Positions 1 to 13,435 are shown, numbered from the stretch's first letter. The stretch: 64,000 nt of DNA from the human T2T-CHM13v2.0 reference genome, Homo sapiens (GCF_009914755.1 NC_060927.1); one strand, 5' to 3'. The notes: generated from the letters alone by a model not told the origin. A program made the numbers and translations.

Positions 1-205
1 TATGCACTAGACTTTTATATGACTGGCAGCACAGATTTGTTTACACCAGTATCACTACAAATATGTGAGGAGTGTGTTGTGCTATCATTTTATGACAGCT
101 ATGATATCACTAGGCAACAGGAAATTTTTGCTTTATTACAGTCTTATGGGACCACCATTAAATATGCAGTTCATCACCAAAATGTCATTAGACAGAGGAT
201 GATTG
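1..205 (+). mobile_element. Tigger3-family (TcMar-Tigger) DNA transposon, 3' end
   Basis: TTTGTTTACACCAGTATCAC...TCTTATGGGACCACC...GATGATTG resembles the recalled Tigger3 terminus with CpG decay. Confidence 0.7.
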
Positions 206-229
206 TGTTTCACAGTATCACAACTACCT

Positions 230-770
230 TTCCCCAGGTGACTTAGATAAGACTCAGAGATGAACCCCTTGTTTACCCAGGACAAGGTCATGTACAGAAC
301 CTCCAAATTTTCATTCTTTATCTCACAAATGATTAGCTAAAATATTTTTCCCTATTGACCAAACTGAGAAAATGCCCATTAATTTGACTTGACCAAATTT
401 TGATCAGGGTTCTCTCCTTCCCCCAGACCCTGAACTTTGGCCTACCCTTGAGCACTGGAACATGAAACAACCCCTGCTTAATTGACCTTCCTGAGAATCA
501 GCTTACTTCAGGAAAACTCATTCCCTGATCAACTGTTGAATCAGGCCATGCATCGATTCCATGTCTCCACAACTGGTTCTTTCTAGTGTTATTTACTCCT
601 CCTTAGAAAAGAAACACCCCTTTCTGCCAGACCTTTGGGATTCTTGCAGATCTCATAATCAGAGCATTCTTCCTATTGCAATAGTTCTCCCTCCTTATGC
701 AATAGTCCTTCTCCCCTTATTGCAATAGTCTTTAAATAAGGTCTTTTCTTACCTAAGTCTGGATTTTTAT
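230..770 (+). mobile_element. Probable old ERV1 solo LTR (MER31-like)
   Basis: LTR-like composition, with three copies of TGCAATAGT followed by AAATAAG near the 3' end. The family call is tentative. Confidence 0.4.
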
Positions 771-771
771 T

Positions 772-1795
772 TTTAATATACTTTCTCTAGAGCAGTTTTG
801 GGTTCATGGCAAAATTGAATGGAAAGTACAGAGATTTCTAGTATAGTTCCTGTCCCCACACAGGTATAGAAGCTTCTCACATTATCCACATCCCCCACCA
901 GAGTGGTACATTTATACCACTTGATGAACCCACATTTACACATCTTCACCCAAAGTCCATAGTTTATATTAGGGTTCACTGTTGGTGTTGTACATTCTAT
1001 GTGTTTGAAAAAATGTATAGTGACCAAATAAGTCCATAGTTTTACCTTTTCCAGCATATAATATATTTGGAATCATACAGTATGTAGTTTTTTCCCATTT
1101 GCTTCTTTCATGAGTAATATGCATTTAAGTTTCATCCATATATTTTCATGGCTTGATAACTCATTTCTCTTTAGTGCTGAATAATATTCCATTGTCTGGG
1201 TGTAGTAGAGTTTATTCATCCATTCACTTACTGAAGGGCATCTTGGCTATTTCCAAGTTTTGACAATTATGAATAAAGCTGCTATAAACATCCATGTGCA
1301 GGTTTTTCTGTGAACATAAGTTTTCAATTCCTTTGGGTAAATACCAAGAAGCATAATTGCTGAATTGTATGATAAGAGTATGTTTAGTTTTGTAAGAAAC
1401 CAACAAACTGTCTTCCAAAATGGTTATACCATTTTGCATTTCCACCATCACTGAATGAGAGTTTCTGTTGCTCCACATCCTCGTCAGCATTTGATGTTGC
1501 CAGTGTTCTGGATTATGGACATTCTAATAGGTGTATAGTAGTAACTTATATTGTTTTAATTTGCATTTTCCTGATAACATATGATGTGGAGCATTTTTTC
1601 ATATGCTTATTTACCACCTGTAAATCTTTGATGAGGTGCCTGTTAAGGTATTTGGCCATTTAAAAAATCAGATTGTTTGAGTTCTTTGTTGAGTTTTAAG
1701 AGTTATTTGTATATTTTGGACAACAGTCTTTTATCAGATATGTCTTTTGCAACTATTTAATTCCAGCCTGTGGCTTGTCTTTGCATTTTCTTGAT
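772..1795 (-). mobile_element. Old L1M (L1MC/L1MD-like) 3' end with ORF2 C-terminal remnant
   Basis: Typical antisense L1M text (AGCAGTTTTGGGTTCA, CATCCTCGTCAGCATTTG, TTTGCATTTTCCTGAT). ORF 1224-1490 reads like frameshifted L1 3' sequence. Confidence 0.85.
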
Positions 1796-3039
1796 GAATT
1801 TGTTTTTCACTTGATAGATTTTTTAGAAAAAAATTGTAAAAAACTTTGAAATGGCAAAACAAAAAAGATTGTCTTGCTAGTGCACTTTTCAGAATTATCT
1901 TTTTTTCATTGTCTTTGAGCTAATTTGCCATGTTGTAAGCTTTAGAATACCAATAATCATGGTTCTTCTCCTTAGAAATGCAAATAAACTGCATCCAAAA
2001 TGTAATTGATTATTGCCCAAGGATAGATAGACCCGTGTGCTTCTACTTGTAAAATTCAATTTAGTATTCTTTATTGCCTAGATGTGTATGGTTCTTTGAA
2101 TTATCTTTTGAACTGGTTATAACATCTTACTGGTTCTCTCATTAATTAATGCATTAAATAAAATCTTTGATACATATTTATTTTTGTATTCATTTGTATA
2201 AGCATCATGATTCTACCTTTTTTAAAAAAATTCTTTAACATATAGAGAAGTTGGTATACCTTGGGCTACAGAGGTAGTGGAGAATTGTCTCAGATACAGG
2301 ACTCTTGGGCCACAAATCAAATGCTCTTGCTTGCCATGTTATACTTGGAAGCAAAAAGTTAAAATAGAGAAGCAGAAGCATGTTGCCTATTAGGACCAAT
2401 GTGCGAATAGTTAAAGCCATTGTTTACTATGAGGAACTCCAATTGAAAATAAAAATGAATAAATAAGTTCATTTAGAAAAAGCTGAAAACCTACATTTCA
2501 CCTAGAGTAGGTTCTGCCAAAAAGCCTCTACTAGCATTTGGGAATCAAAGCAATTAGCAGAGAAATCAGGCTGCTCTTCTGGGCTTAAGGACATTCCCAA
2601 AGCTAACTCTGATTATGGAATTCTTAATTAACATTCTGAGAGGGTGGTCACATGGGGCTCTGTGCCCAGGGTGCCTTAGCAGTTGCTTTGTTTGAACGAA
2701 GTCCCCTAGTGTTAACAGTTGGATATCTGCAGATTAAGCGCAGACAATACTTGGACAGACAATTGAAAAAGTAATTTTTTGATGCTTTCCCCAGCTGCTG
2801 CTGAAAGATTAGCTGGGATGTTATCCAGGTTCCTTCACTGTAGCTGATAAAACTTTCTGAGAGAAGCACATGAGTTTCTACATTATTGTTGATTTAGCTG
2901 AGGAAAGAAGTTAGAAACACTTTTGCACTTCTTTTATGGGTCGTGAGTCAACTAATCTAGATTTTGCTTGCTAGACATCGCTCCTGTTGGGAGCAAACAC
3001 ATTACTATAGACAGACAATCGGTTAAAAGGAAACTATAC

Positions 3040-3346
3040 GGCTGGGCGCGGTGGCTCACGCCTGTAATCCCAGCACTCTGGGAAGCCGAGGTGGGTGGAT
3101 CACAAGGTCAGGAGATCGAGACCATCCTGGCTAACATGATGAAACCCCGTCTCTACTAAAAATACAAAAGAAAAAAAAAATTAGCCAGGCGTAGTGGCGG
3201 GCGCCTGTAGTCCCAGCTACTTGGGAGGCTGAGGCAGGAGAATGGCGTGAACTTGGGAGGCGGAGCTTGCAGTGAGATCCTGCCATTGCATTCCAGCCTG
3301 GGCGACAGAGCAAGACTCCGTCTTAAAAAAAAAAAAAAAAAAAAAA
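3040..3346 (+). mobile_element. AluY-like SINE, full length
   Basis: AluY diagnostics (GAGATCGAGACCATCCTGGCTAAC, GAATGGCGTGAAC) and a poly-A tail. TSD AAAAGGAAACTATAC at 3025-3039 and 3343-3357. Confidence 0.97.
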
Positions 3347-3549
3347 GGAAACTATACAAAGTGGTTATTCTATTTGTCTTTCTGTCATCCATTCTACTTC
3401 ATCCCATTTTTGTGGCCACTATGATTCATGTCTCCTGCACTGGATTGTGAACAGGCAAAGCTCCTTGGGGTTACCCGGTTTCCTTTGCCACAAAGGATGG
3501 AGATTTCTGACCTGGGCAGATTTTAGTGTGCAGATGATACTCCCTTTGG

Positions 3550-3890
3550 TTACAGTGGTTGTTTGGGGGTGGATTAATTAGAGTAAAGCTTAGAGTTTTT
3601 GTTCATTAATTATGGAAAACCCTATCTTCTTGTATGTTGGGTATGTTTGAAAAAGAACTGTAGCCCCACTTTCTGCTGGCAGTGCTCTTATGTCCATAAG
3701 AAAAGCCATCTTGAAGATCAAGTGGATCCAGAGAGGACTGCCTCAAAGAATCACAGAGAAAAGAAATTGGAGCTGTAATGAAATTGCTCTGAAGGCCCAT
3801 TCAACCTCTAGATTTTTCAGTAACTTGAACCTGTAAATTCCTCTTACTGTCTGAATCAAGTTGATTTGGGTTTTCTGTCACTTGCAACGG
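3550..3890 (+). mobile_element. MLT1 (ERVL-MaLR) LTR fragment
   Basis: Ends in TTGGGTTTTCTGTCACTTGCAAC, typical of old MLT1 3' ends. The 5' boundary is uncertain. Confidence 0.55.
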
Positions 3891-4334
3891 AGGCAGGCTT
3901 CTTACCACCAAACATTGGATTTTTCTGTAGTCCCAATTGCTTCCTACTCATTATATGGGGCTCTAGTAACTGTGCAGAGGGGATTTTAGAACATGACCCT
4001 GGCTTGAGTCTCATCCTTGGGGAATAGCTGGGATTATGTTCACTAATCCCCCCTGGGAGCTCTTAGAAACTATTCAATTTTAGGAGCTTTTCACCTTTTC
4101 CAGACCCAGCAGTTAGAGGTATAATTTTTGACAGACTTCTTGTTGCCTTCCAAGAAAATGAAACGTCTGAGGAGAAAATGAGATCAGCCCCAATCTGGAA
4201 AAGCTGGAGATCTCTGGACAGATAGTGTTTCATGGAACTTTCCCTGTGAAACACAATTCTACAGGTTGGTAGGAGATTATTCTCTTATTTGTGTGTCTTT
4301 AAGACTACAGGAGTCTTAAAGCCTACTGCACCGT

Positions 4335-4440
4335 AAACTCTCTAAAGAGCAGGAACCATGCTTGTTTCATTCCCTGTTGTGTCCCTGGTGCCTAACATAG
4401 TGTCTGGCCCCTAGGAAGCATTTGGTAATTATCTAATTAT
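4335..4440 (+). mobile_element. L2 3' end fragment
   Basis: GAGCAGGAACCATG...GTGCCTAACATAGTGTCTGGC matches the L2 terminal motif. Confidence 0.65.
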
Positions 4441-4569
4441 AATAAGCGTTCAATAATTAGAAGGACAAACAAATGAGGAAAAGTCCAATGCTACAGAGTG
4501 TTTGGTGGGTTTCTTTTTATACTATACCAGTAAGGGGTTTTCATTTCAGATCCGTGATTATAGTTATAG

Positions 4570-4932
<363 letters not shown>

Positions 4933-5689
4933 TAAATTTTATTTCCTCCCTGAATTTTTTGTTTAACCTATTCTTTCCTCTAAGTTAAAAAAACACCCAT
5001 CATCTGAATTTCTCTAAGAAGAAAGTTGTTTCATTTGTAATGGTTGAACAAATGTTGGGTTGATGAAATCTCTCTGTGTCATGGGTAAAGAAATGAACAG
5101 TATACAGATACCCAAAGAACTATGTCACATTTTTTTTTTTTTTTTTTTTGAATCATGAAATAACTTGCAGAGTCATCCATGTTTTTGGGCAGTCTCTATG
5201 CTTTTGATATTACTGATTCAGTAGCAGAAAGCTGAGCATAGTAAATATAGAGGAAAGAAAAATGCCACTGCTAGCTCCTTTTTTCGTTATAAGATATTAA
5301 TTGAAATATTAACTTTTTCCATAGGTAAAGGGACAGAAACCATTAATTCAATTCTGCTAACTTCCAGGGAAGACTAGATAAGAACCATTCAATTACAGGT
5401 TGCTTATTTATCTAATTCTCTTGGCAGGATTTGCTTTTGGTGAAACAAATCACCTGTTGAAGAAAAAAAAAGCCATTTAAGTGATTAAAATCTACTTCAA
5501 CTAATTTCCTCTTTAACCTATTTGTAAGCCAGCAAGAGCTGATAATTGTAATGAATAGTTCTTCTGGGAAGCTTTAATTGACATTTGGATCTCATTAGAC
5601 TTTGAAAAACTTCTGCCATCTTATTCTTTTAGAGCTCTTTTGCTGGGATTACAGTGTTCAAGATAGTCTTCAGTGCATGGAATTTAATG

Positions 5690-5905
5690 ATGAGCTTTGA
5701 AGCTTCAGGGTTTGGAACTCAGCTCTGCCATTCCTAGCTGTGTGAACCAGGTCAATTCTTAATTTTGTTTTAAACTCAGTTTTTGCGGTTGTAAAATTAT
5801 TGTTTTGATCGGTTGTTATAATGCGTGAATGAGCTAATATAAAGAGCTAAGTTTATGGCTATAAAGGATGTAACAGTGTCCAGCATATGGTGAGCATGCA
5901 ATAAC
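5690..5905 (+). mobile_element. MIR SINE
   Basis: CTCAGCTCTGCCATTCCTAGCTGTGTGA...CTCAGTTTT...GTAAAAT resembles the MIR core. Confidence 0.65.
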
Positions 5906-7904
5906 AGGTAGGATTCATTGTGAATAAGAAGCTCTAAAATGAAAAAGAAAGAGTACTAGAAAAATGAAGATCAATTCCTCTTTATAATTAACTTATCAAT
6001 TGCTAGAAAATTTAGCATATAGTTAATAGATACCTGCTCTGTTATCAATAAAACACTCTAAATAGAGATTTTCAAGTTCTGGTACCATACACTTCTGTGT
6101 TATATGTGTGATGCTTTCAGAATTCTTCTTTATAAAGGGCGTCTTATCTTGGGGGCACAGTGTACAAAACTTCTTGAACAAGAACACCTTAGTTTCAGTG
6201 AACAATTAAAATCAGTTAATGTGAATGTCAACTCATCTCTTCTTCTTGGTGTTTTTAAGTATATATCATTAAAGGTGAAGAAAGTGTAAAATGGAAAAAG
6301 AAGTGACTACAAGGCCTGGTGAATGTATACGGTGTAAAAAGATATTAGAGAAAAAGAGAAAGGAGATGGATAAAGATTAGTAGCTTTTTGATATGGAATG
6401 TTCATGGGGTAAAATTATATACATCATTTCTGTTTTATAAGCATATTATTAACCTCGATTTTTACCATTTTTTAGGCTGGAAAGTATAAATAATATTCTT
6501 TAGACAAATAACTTTTGATTTTCTGAGCAGAGGAAATTTGGAAGTTTGTGAAAACCTGATTTAGGACTGCACTAGAAATTTTAGTGTGTATGTACACTAG
6601 GGGAACAGTTTGGTTTACTATCTTGGAGGTATTTTATTCAGACTAACCTTAAAATTAATTTGCATTTTGAACACACATCAATTGTTTCTGCCATAAAGAA
6701 GATTATTTAAGGCCATTTTAGATAGATTTAAAAGTATGCAAATAATTCATACTATAAATAATCTATATGCAAAGAGAAATAATACCACTTTTATTTATTC
6801 AATATTTTGCTTTAAGTTTAGATTTAATCTCTTGTTTATAGTGAAAAGCTAAGGAATTATTCCCTAGTCTAGAAGTGATTTAGCCTAGAGATAAAAAATA
6901 GCTTCATGTTGCTGAAAGAACAGAATTTGGTACCTCTGCTCTCACTTTTAAAGTCTACCTTAATTTCCTAACAATGTGCTGATTACACATAATGGAAGTT
7001 TGTATTAGAAAATGAGGAAACATTTAATCAGACATAAAACTTAAAGCAATCAATGGAATAGTTGGTGCCTCAGAAATTGACCCTTTTGTATTTCTCTTTA
7101 TTTATAACTTCCATTTTTATTGCTCACACTCACTTTTAGCTGTCATTTATTGATGACTAACTTTGTATTTATCAGTTTTCTTTACCCTAGCTCCCTCAGG
7201 ATCAGTTGCTGAAATAGCCTCCTTAACACCATCTTACGCCTCTGAATGAGCAGGGGTAGAAAAAGAACAGGAGAAAGCAGAAAGCCTTTATTGTTCTTTG
7301 TTCAACTAGAATTAAAGTAGGCTTGAAGAAGCCTCGGAGAAGCCATTTACTCTTGTGATCTGAATTCCAGGGTCTCCAGTCTATTCAAGTAAATGCATTT
7401 CCATTTGGGAAAGAGTCCCTTGATACCATTCTCCTTCTAGGAGAGATAGTCATTTAACTCCTGCTGAATCCATATTGTCAAGGAACTTGCAGAGTGGAAC
7501 TTATTTTGGTTCTTTTTGCTTGTGTTGAGAGTACTCTATTGGAAGGTATTATAAGGCGTGGGGAGAAAGAGAGTTAAAAAGAGAAAAAGATTAGTTGGTG
7601 TCTGCAGTTTTCATAAACAGGTGGGGCTATGAGCAGAAACTCTCTAAACTGCACATCTGGAAGTAGCATCTGGCATAGTGGAAACAACAAAGCTCCAGTG
7701 ACTACGAAAGAGATAAAGTAGCAGAGCTTGTTAGGTGTCTTGTAGTTTTAATCCCAGACCTTAAGAACAGAATTACCAACAAGGAGTAATGAAATGTGTT
7801 CTAGCATCTTAGGAAACATGGTCAATAGGACTTTAGCCTGAGTGAAAAGCATGTAGACTGTGATAGAAGCAGGAATTGGAGATTGCCGTAAATTAGCTTG
7901 AAAG

Positions 7905-8090
7905 CAGTGGTTCTCTAAGTGATTCCCAGACTGTCATCATCAGCATTACCTAGGAAATTATAAGATATGCAAATTCTTGGTCTCCAGCTCAAAGCTATGA
8001 AATCAGAAACTCTGAGAGCAGGGCCCAGGAGTATGTGTTTTAACAAGTTCTCCAGGTGATTCTGATGCATGCTAAAATTTGAGAACCACT
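7905..8090. mobile_element. MER5A (hAT-Charlie) MITE
   Basis: Terminal inverted repeats CAGTGGTTCTC and GAGAACCACT; internal ATGCAAATTC and CAGAAACTCT. Confidence 0.9.
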
Positions 8091-8379
8091 ATTTTAGGGC
8101 ATTAGAGCCACTTTTCCTTACTAAGCTACCTTATTGAGGAGCTACCTTCATCTGTCTGTTCCTACAACTGATTGTTCCAGGTCTGTGAATTAATAAATGT
8201 GTGGATAGCAGATTCAAAATATGATGGAAAAACTTGGCAAAGCTTTGCTGTTACATTTCATTATTCCAAGACATGAAGTGACCCCTTTCTTGGGTGCTCC
8301 TCTTTCTTTTAAAGCCTTATCTACCTCAGTCCCCTGACTCTTGGAAGATGCCATCACTTGTTATATTATGGTGGAACTG

Positions 8380-8730
8380 CAATGTCCCAAACGGTAGCCA
8401 CTAGTCACATATGGCTATTAAGATTAAAAATAAAATAAAAAATTTAGTTCTTTGGCCATACTAGCCACATTTCAACTACTCAGTGGTCACATGTGTATAG
8501 TGGCTACTGTGTTGGACAGTACAAATATAAGATACTTCTACCATTGCAGAAAGTTCCTTTATTTTTATTTATTTTTGTAGAGACAGAATCTTGCTATGTT
8601 GCTCAGACTGGTCTCAAACTCCTGGCCTCAAGCAGTTCCTCCCACCTTTGCCTCCCAAAGTGCTGGGATTATAGGCCTGAGCCACCATGCCCAGCCCCAT
8701 TGCAGAAAGTTTTACTGGACAGAACTGCTG
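8380..8730. mobile_element. MER3/MER33 (hAT-Charlie), interrupted by an Alu monomer
   Basis: GTAGCCACTAGTCACATATGGCTA and CTAGCCACATTTCAA...GTGGCTACTGTGTTGGACAG. The sequence resumes after the Alu monomer. Confidence 0.8.
8557..8696 (-). mobile_element. Free left Alu monomer (FLAM-like)
   Basis: Single left-arm monomer with its own T-rich tail. TSD CCATTGCAGAAAGTT at 8541-8555 and 8697-8711. Confidence 0.9.
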
Positions 8731-8764
8731 TAGAATTCCTCTCCTATCACTGATACTAAACTTG

Positions 8765-8931
8765 TAATCCTATCTGATAATTTTTAGTGTTTCCCAATTT
8801 CTTTGGAGTAAATACTCCTATCATGGCCAATTTCACGCTACTAACCTGATGCCACTGAATGTGGAGTTGGGAGGAGATGTACACAATCAACTCTTGAGAG
8901 CCAGTATTAAGTGGTTCCAGGTCACCACTGG
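8765..8931 (-). mobile_element. MER63-like (hAT-Blackjack) fossil
   Basis: CATGGCCAATTTCA...CTGAATGTGGAGTTGGGA...GAGAGCC...CACCACTG terminus. Confidence 0.65.
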
Positions 8932-11499
8932 TTTTGTGAGAGGAATTCTTCCTTGATGGCAGAAAGTGCTGGTTCTGTTCTTTACATTCAAATATCACTT
9001 TACAATAAGATTGGCTTTCCAAAAACAACATTAACAGCCTACTAAAAGTGGCCAATAAGTCAATCACCTTAATTATATTTTGGGTGTAAAGTAGGAATAT
9101 ACAATCTACAACTTAAAAAGCCTTTTCTGTGGCAGTTGGAAAACTGCTCAAGTGAATTGGGGCTAGTGTCCTACAGTGCCTGTGCACATGAAACTAAACC
9201 ATACAAGGTGTTAAGATATACATGTTCTAGTCTGAATTCTATATTGAGTCAATGGTGGTGCTCTAGTGATTAGTTCTATTAGTGGAGGTGTTTATAGTCT
9301 ATATGGGTTGTGCAGAGTAGGCTGATAAGAGTGACCTGTTCCCAGTTGAAAATGGAAGAGTTGGCTTTTATCTATGAAGTCATGAATGACTTGCAAATAT
9401 ACTATCAAAGATAAGCATGTACTTAACTTTAAAAATATTTGCCATTTGAAAGTGCTTTGAAATTCTTTTTGAAAGATGGAAAATTTTATTTTAATTGCAA
9501 GCTAAACAAAACTCAATTGATATGCAGCCAGGGCTAGTTTTTTTAGAATCACAATTAGACTTGGCAGACTTTTTTTCTTTTTTCACCAGCGCATTATCTA
9601 TTTTTTTTGTTTTGCTTTTTTTTGGGTGATGATGGGGGTTTATGGTCATGAATAAAGATCCTACATCATTAAGCTAACAACTCATCTGTTAGATAAAAAT
9701 AGATTTTAGTCCATAGATTTTACTCCCCAAATACTTGGAAATGAGAAAACTAAATAATTCTTATCCTATTTCCTTTCCTGAAAAGGAAAACCCCTAACTC
9801 TGAATGCCTCTGTTACTAAAACTGTTTCTTAATTGTGACAATCATAACTGGATGAGAGTTATCAGTTAAACTGATGACTTAGTTGAACCCATTTGTTTCT
9901 GCAGAAAGATTATCCACATTTGTGTCAAACCAGGTCATTTTCAGGCCCTTGGGAGTCTGCCATTCGAATGCTTGTCCAGCTGAAGCTGGATGTCCTTGAA
10001 TGACAGCTGCTAAAAATTCAATCAGTAACTGGTATCCAAATGTCAGGGGGAGCACTGCAAAGTGGGGACAGGCTGAGACAGTCTGTAGGGTTTGATTTTG
10101 GGTAGTCAGAGTTTAAATTTGACTTAGAAAAAAAGTAAATCAGCATCTTTAATCCCCAAACATTACGCATCATCTAGTCAGTAGACTTTGTAAAGGTCAA
10201 GCAATCAATATGGTTGGCATCAGCAGAGATAGGTTACAGGAGTTGATTTTTATTTCTCGAAATTGTTTTTTATATTCCAACATACAAAAAGGTAGGCAGA
10301 CTGTCAGGTAGAGTAAAAGAATTTGTACTAATAGTGAGATGAGCTGGTCCTTGGTCAAGGGGCTACATTAATAGATGCAGTGGACTTGGAAAGAAATGGG
10401 GTTTCTCAAATTGCATTTATATTTGTCTTTGTTAAGGGTTTAATATTTTGAATGCACACCTATCCTTTGGGGGAAAATTGGGCTGCCTGGTATATCATCA
10501 ATCCAGGAAGATGGAAATGCCAGAAGCATATGTTTCATCATGTTGTTGCTTCTAGTCTTGACTTAGACTAGGAAAAGAAAAAAAGAAGAAAGAAACAAGA
10601 TTAATTTTTTGCCCTTGCTGTTTGCAAAATCTCTTGGAATATAGTAAAGAAAATATAATTATTGAAAATATTAGGTTCTTCCATGAAGTTACATTTATTT
10701 ATTTACAAACTGAGGGAAGAGGGGCCTTATAATATTTTCAATTTGTGTATTATTTCTAGAAAAGTAACTGAACAGTTATGGAATGAAAAAATTATTTAAA
10801 AATCTGAGAAGGAAGGAAATAATGACAGGTGGTTAGAACCTTGTCATTGGAGAACTATATAGTCATGATATAGGCCAAGGTTTCAGCATGGGCATTTCCA
10901 AGCCAAAAAAAAAGTGTTTGTTAGTTCCTTCTTACAATTAAAAAAATGTCCACATAGTATGTGTGTTTTAATTTTCACCTAGAAAGATGCCTATTGCAAT
11001 TGAACAAAAAATTAACCTATAGTGGCCTAATATTTAATCTTATTTTATTGATCAAGAAATTAACCTAGAGTACCCTAAGTTTTAATCTTATTTCAGCACA
11101 CATTACTAGAAAAGTTCTTAAAAATATAGATGAGAACTGTATATATTTCTTGACCAAAAATTGTGATATAGTAGGAGAAAATATTAGGGAAAATTTCCTG
11201 CTTTTTCTTAAACTCTAGACTGCTCTTGAATGAATTTTGTACAAGAGAGCAATGAGAAACTGATAGCACTAGATGGAAATTTATGTCTTATCCAAAGGCT
11301 CTGGTATAACATCTTCAGTTAGCTGGGGGGCTCCAGGTCTCACAGAAACAAAAGTCCTTAAGGTTTAAGAATTTCTTCTTTCTTAAATATTTCCAGGACA
11401 ACCTAGAGACCACTGTTAGTAGATCATCCATTGAGAAGGGTATATGTGAAATGTGAGAAAGTGGAGAGTTACCCATTGGATTTCAATGATTTTCTGGGC

Positions 11500-11910
11500 C
11501 TGTAGTAAATTACAGTTGTGGCCTCAGTTCTTTACCCATCACTGTATGCACATGTTTTGCTCTGTGGCTGCATTTTCTCTCAATGAAAAGATAGAGTCTC
11601 TTTCCCTTGAATTTGGGCTTACTTGTGAATTGCTTTGCCCAACAGAATGCAGCAGAAATGACAGCATGACATTTCTGAGCCTAGGTCTAAGAAGGCATTG
11701 CATGTTTCTGTCGTCTGGCTGAGAACACTGCTATGAGAACGTTACTGGCCTAGCTTCTGCATGATGAAAGACACAGTCTCATCAGCCCCAGAGTAGTATC
11801 AGCGGAGCCATGTAGTTGACCACTCCAGACATGTAAGCAATAAATGCTTAATGTCGAATGCTGCTGATGTTTCGTGGTTGGTTGTTATGCAGTGTTATTG
11901 TGACAATAAT
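11500..11910 (+). mobile_element. MLT1G/H-like MaLR solo LTR
   Basis: CCCTTGAATTTGGGC...TTGCTTTGCCCAACAGAATG...AATAAATGCTT...TTGTTATGCAG. Confidence 0.75.
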
Positions 11911-13085
11911 GCCACAATATAGCTTAGGGGATTAGTTTCCAGATGGATTATACATATAAAGTTCTGATAATTTTTCATGGAAATCTTGATACTTCATTAA
12001 AATAAATAAGAAGTCGTTGCTTAGCTCAATCACCTACCACGGGACATTTATCTACTGATTTGATTTGATCTGGGGGCAAAGGTTTCAGCCTTCAGCCTGG
12101 TAGTAGCCATATGCAAATGTATTTGTGTCTCTCCCAACCTGACAGATAAACAGACAGGCATCTAGAAGTTATCAAGTAAATACTTAGATGGGATTCTTGT
12201 GTTCAGTGTGAGTGTTCTCAAAATTTCAGTAAAGAGTTCTTTCCCCTGGGACATTAGATGTGGCTTAATAATGGCCACTAGTATATTTGTATTTGCAATC
12301 AGGCACAATGAACAGAATTGCTCCCAGGTTATCATTTGGGAATTTAAACACACTCTTTTTCTTTTGCCAGGTCCATTTCTGGCATGTATGGAATGAATCA
12401 GTGTGCCATCCTTTTAAGGCCCATTCATTGTCTTCTGGTTTTATTTTACATCCATTTCCTCCTCTTACTAGAGAAAACAATTGAATTTTGTGGAAGCCCC
12501 AGGGGTTTGTGAATTTCAGAGGGACAGGGTTTTACCTGGAAAGAGAAAGGATTTTTGATTGAAAATAGAGGCTACTTATGACTCATTCAAAGGAGTTTTT
12601 CCTCTCCTTCATCTTATTTGCCTAGTGATTTTGTCTTATATGACACTTTGGAGCCTACTGTGAGATGACTGCTTCACACTGGATCTTTTTCAAATATTTT
12701 TCAAGGACAAACATCCTTCCTACAGGTTTTCTCATCTGTAATGATTGTCTTGTCTGGGGATTGTATTCTGATTAATTCAACGTTAGCTTTCTCACTGCTT
12801 CAGTGGATTCCAAATTTGTCATAGTTAAAAAAAAATTCTCCTGGGAAGTTTTATAAAAGAAGTTGGTGAAGAGAGGGCTTAGGATTTATTCTGCTGACCA
12901 ATCTTTAGAATGTGGTAGGGGACTGAGGCACACAAAAAAGAAAAATGGAAGGAATGCCCAATTCTTATGCATTCTCATAGGTCAGGCATAACTCAGGGGT
13001 TTTGCAGAAATTTCAGTGATTGTTGCTCACATGGAGGTTTTACCCTGCAGTCACCATCCAATTGAGCAAAAAGCAGTTAAAAGGA

Positions 13086-13116
13086 TGCAATAAGGGATTC
13101 AGCCAGCAGAGGGCGG
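13086..13116 (+). promoter_or_regulatory. Candidate CTCF binding site with upstream motif
   Basis: CCAGCAGAGGGCGG (13103-13116) fits CCASYAGRKGGCRS at every position. TGCAATA (13086-13092) lies 10 nt upstream of the core CC. Confidence 0.6.
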
Positions 13117-13254
13117 GAGAGCCACACCCAGTTGCTTGGACCAGTTACACACCTCCAAGCCAACTCGTTCTGAAGACACAAGCCTTTTTTTTGGTAAGCG
13201 TTTTGCTTTCACTAAGTCCCTTCTGACAGAATGGGCAAGAGTCAATCTGCCCGG

Positions 13255-13435
13255 AATTGAATACTGGCTGCACCATGCGCTAGCTTCATCATCTTTTTGT
13301 GCCTGATTATTTCTCATTGGAAAAATGGGAAAAGCATAGTCATGGTGAGGATGTCATAAGGGTGTTGCGAAGATGATGAAGTTAACTTATGTAACACATT
13401 CCAAACAGTGCTTGGTAACTACTTGATAAATATTA
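13255..13435 (+). mobile_element. MIR SINE
   Basis: TGTGCCT...TTTCTCATTGGAAAAATGGG...GGTGTTGCGAAGATGA...ACAGTGCTTGG. Confidence 0.6.

Noticed and set aside
9890-9940. Possible micro-exon TTTCTGCAG|...CCAG|GTCATT
   Set aside because: The donor is weak and there are no neighbouring exons or other support.
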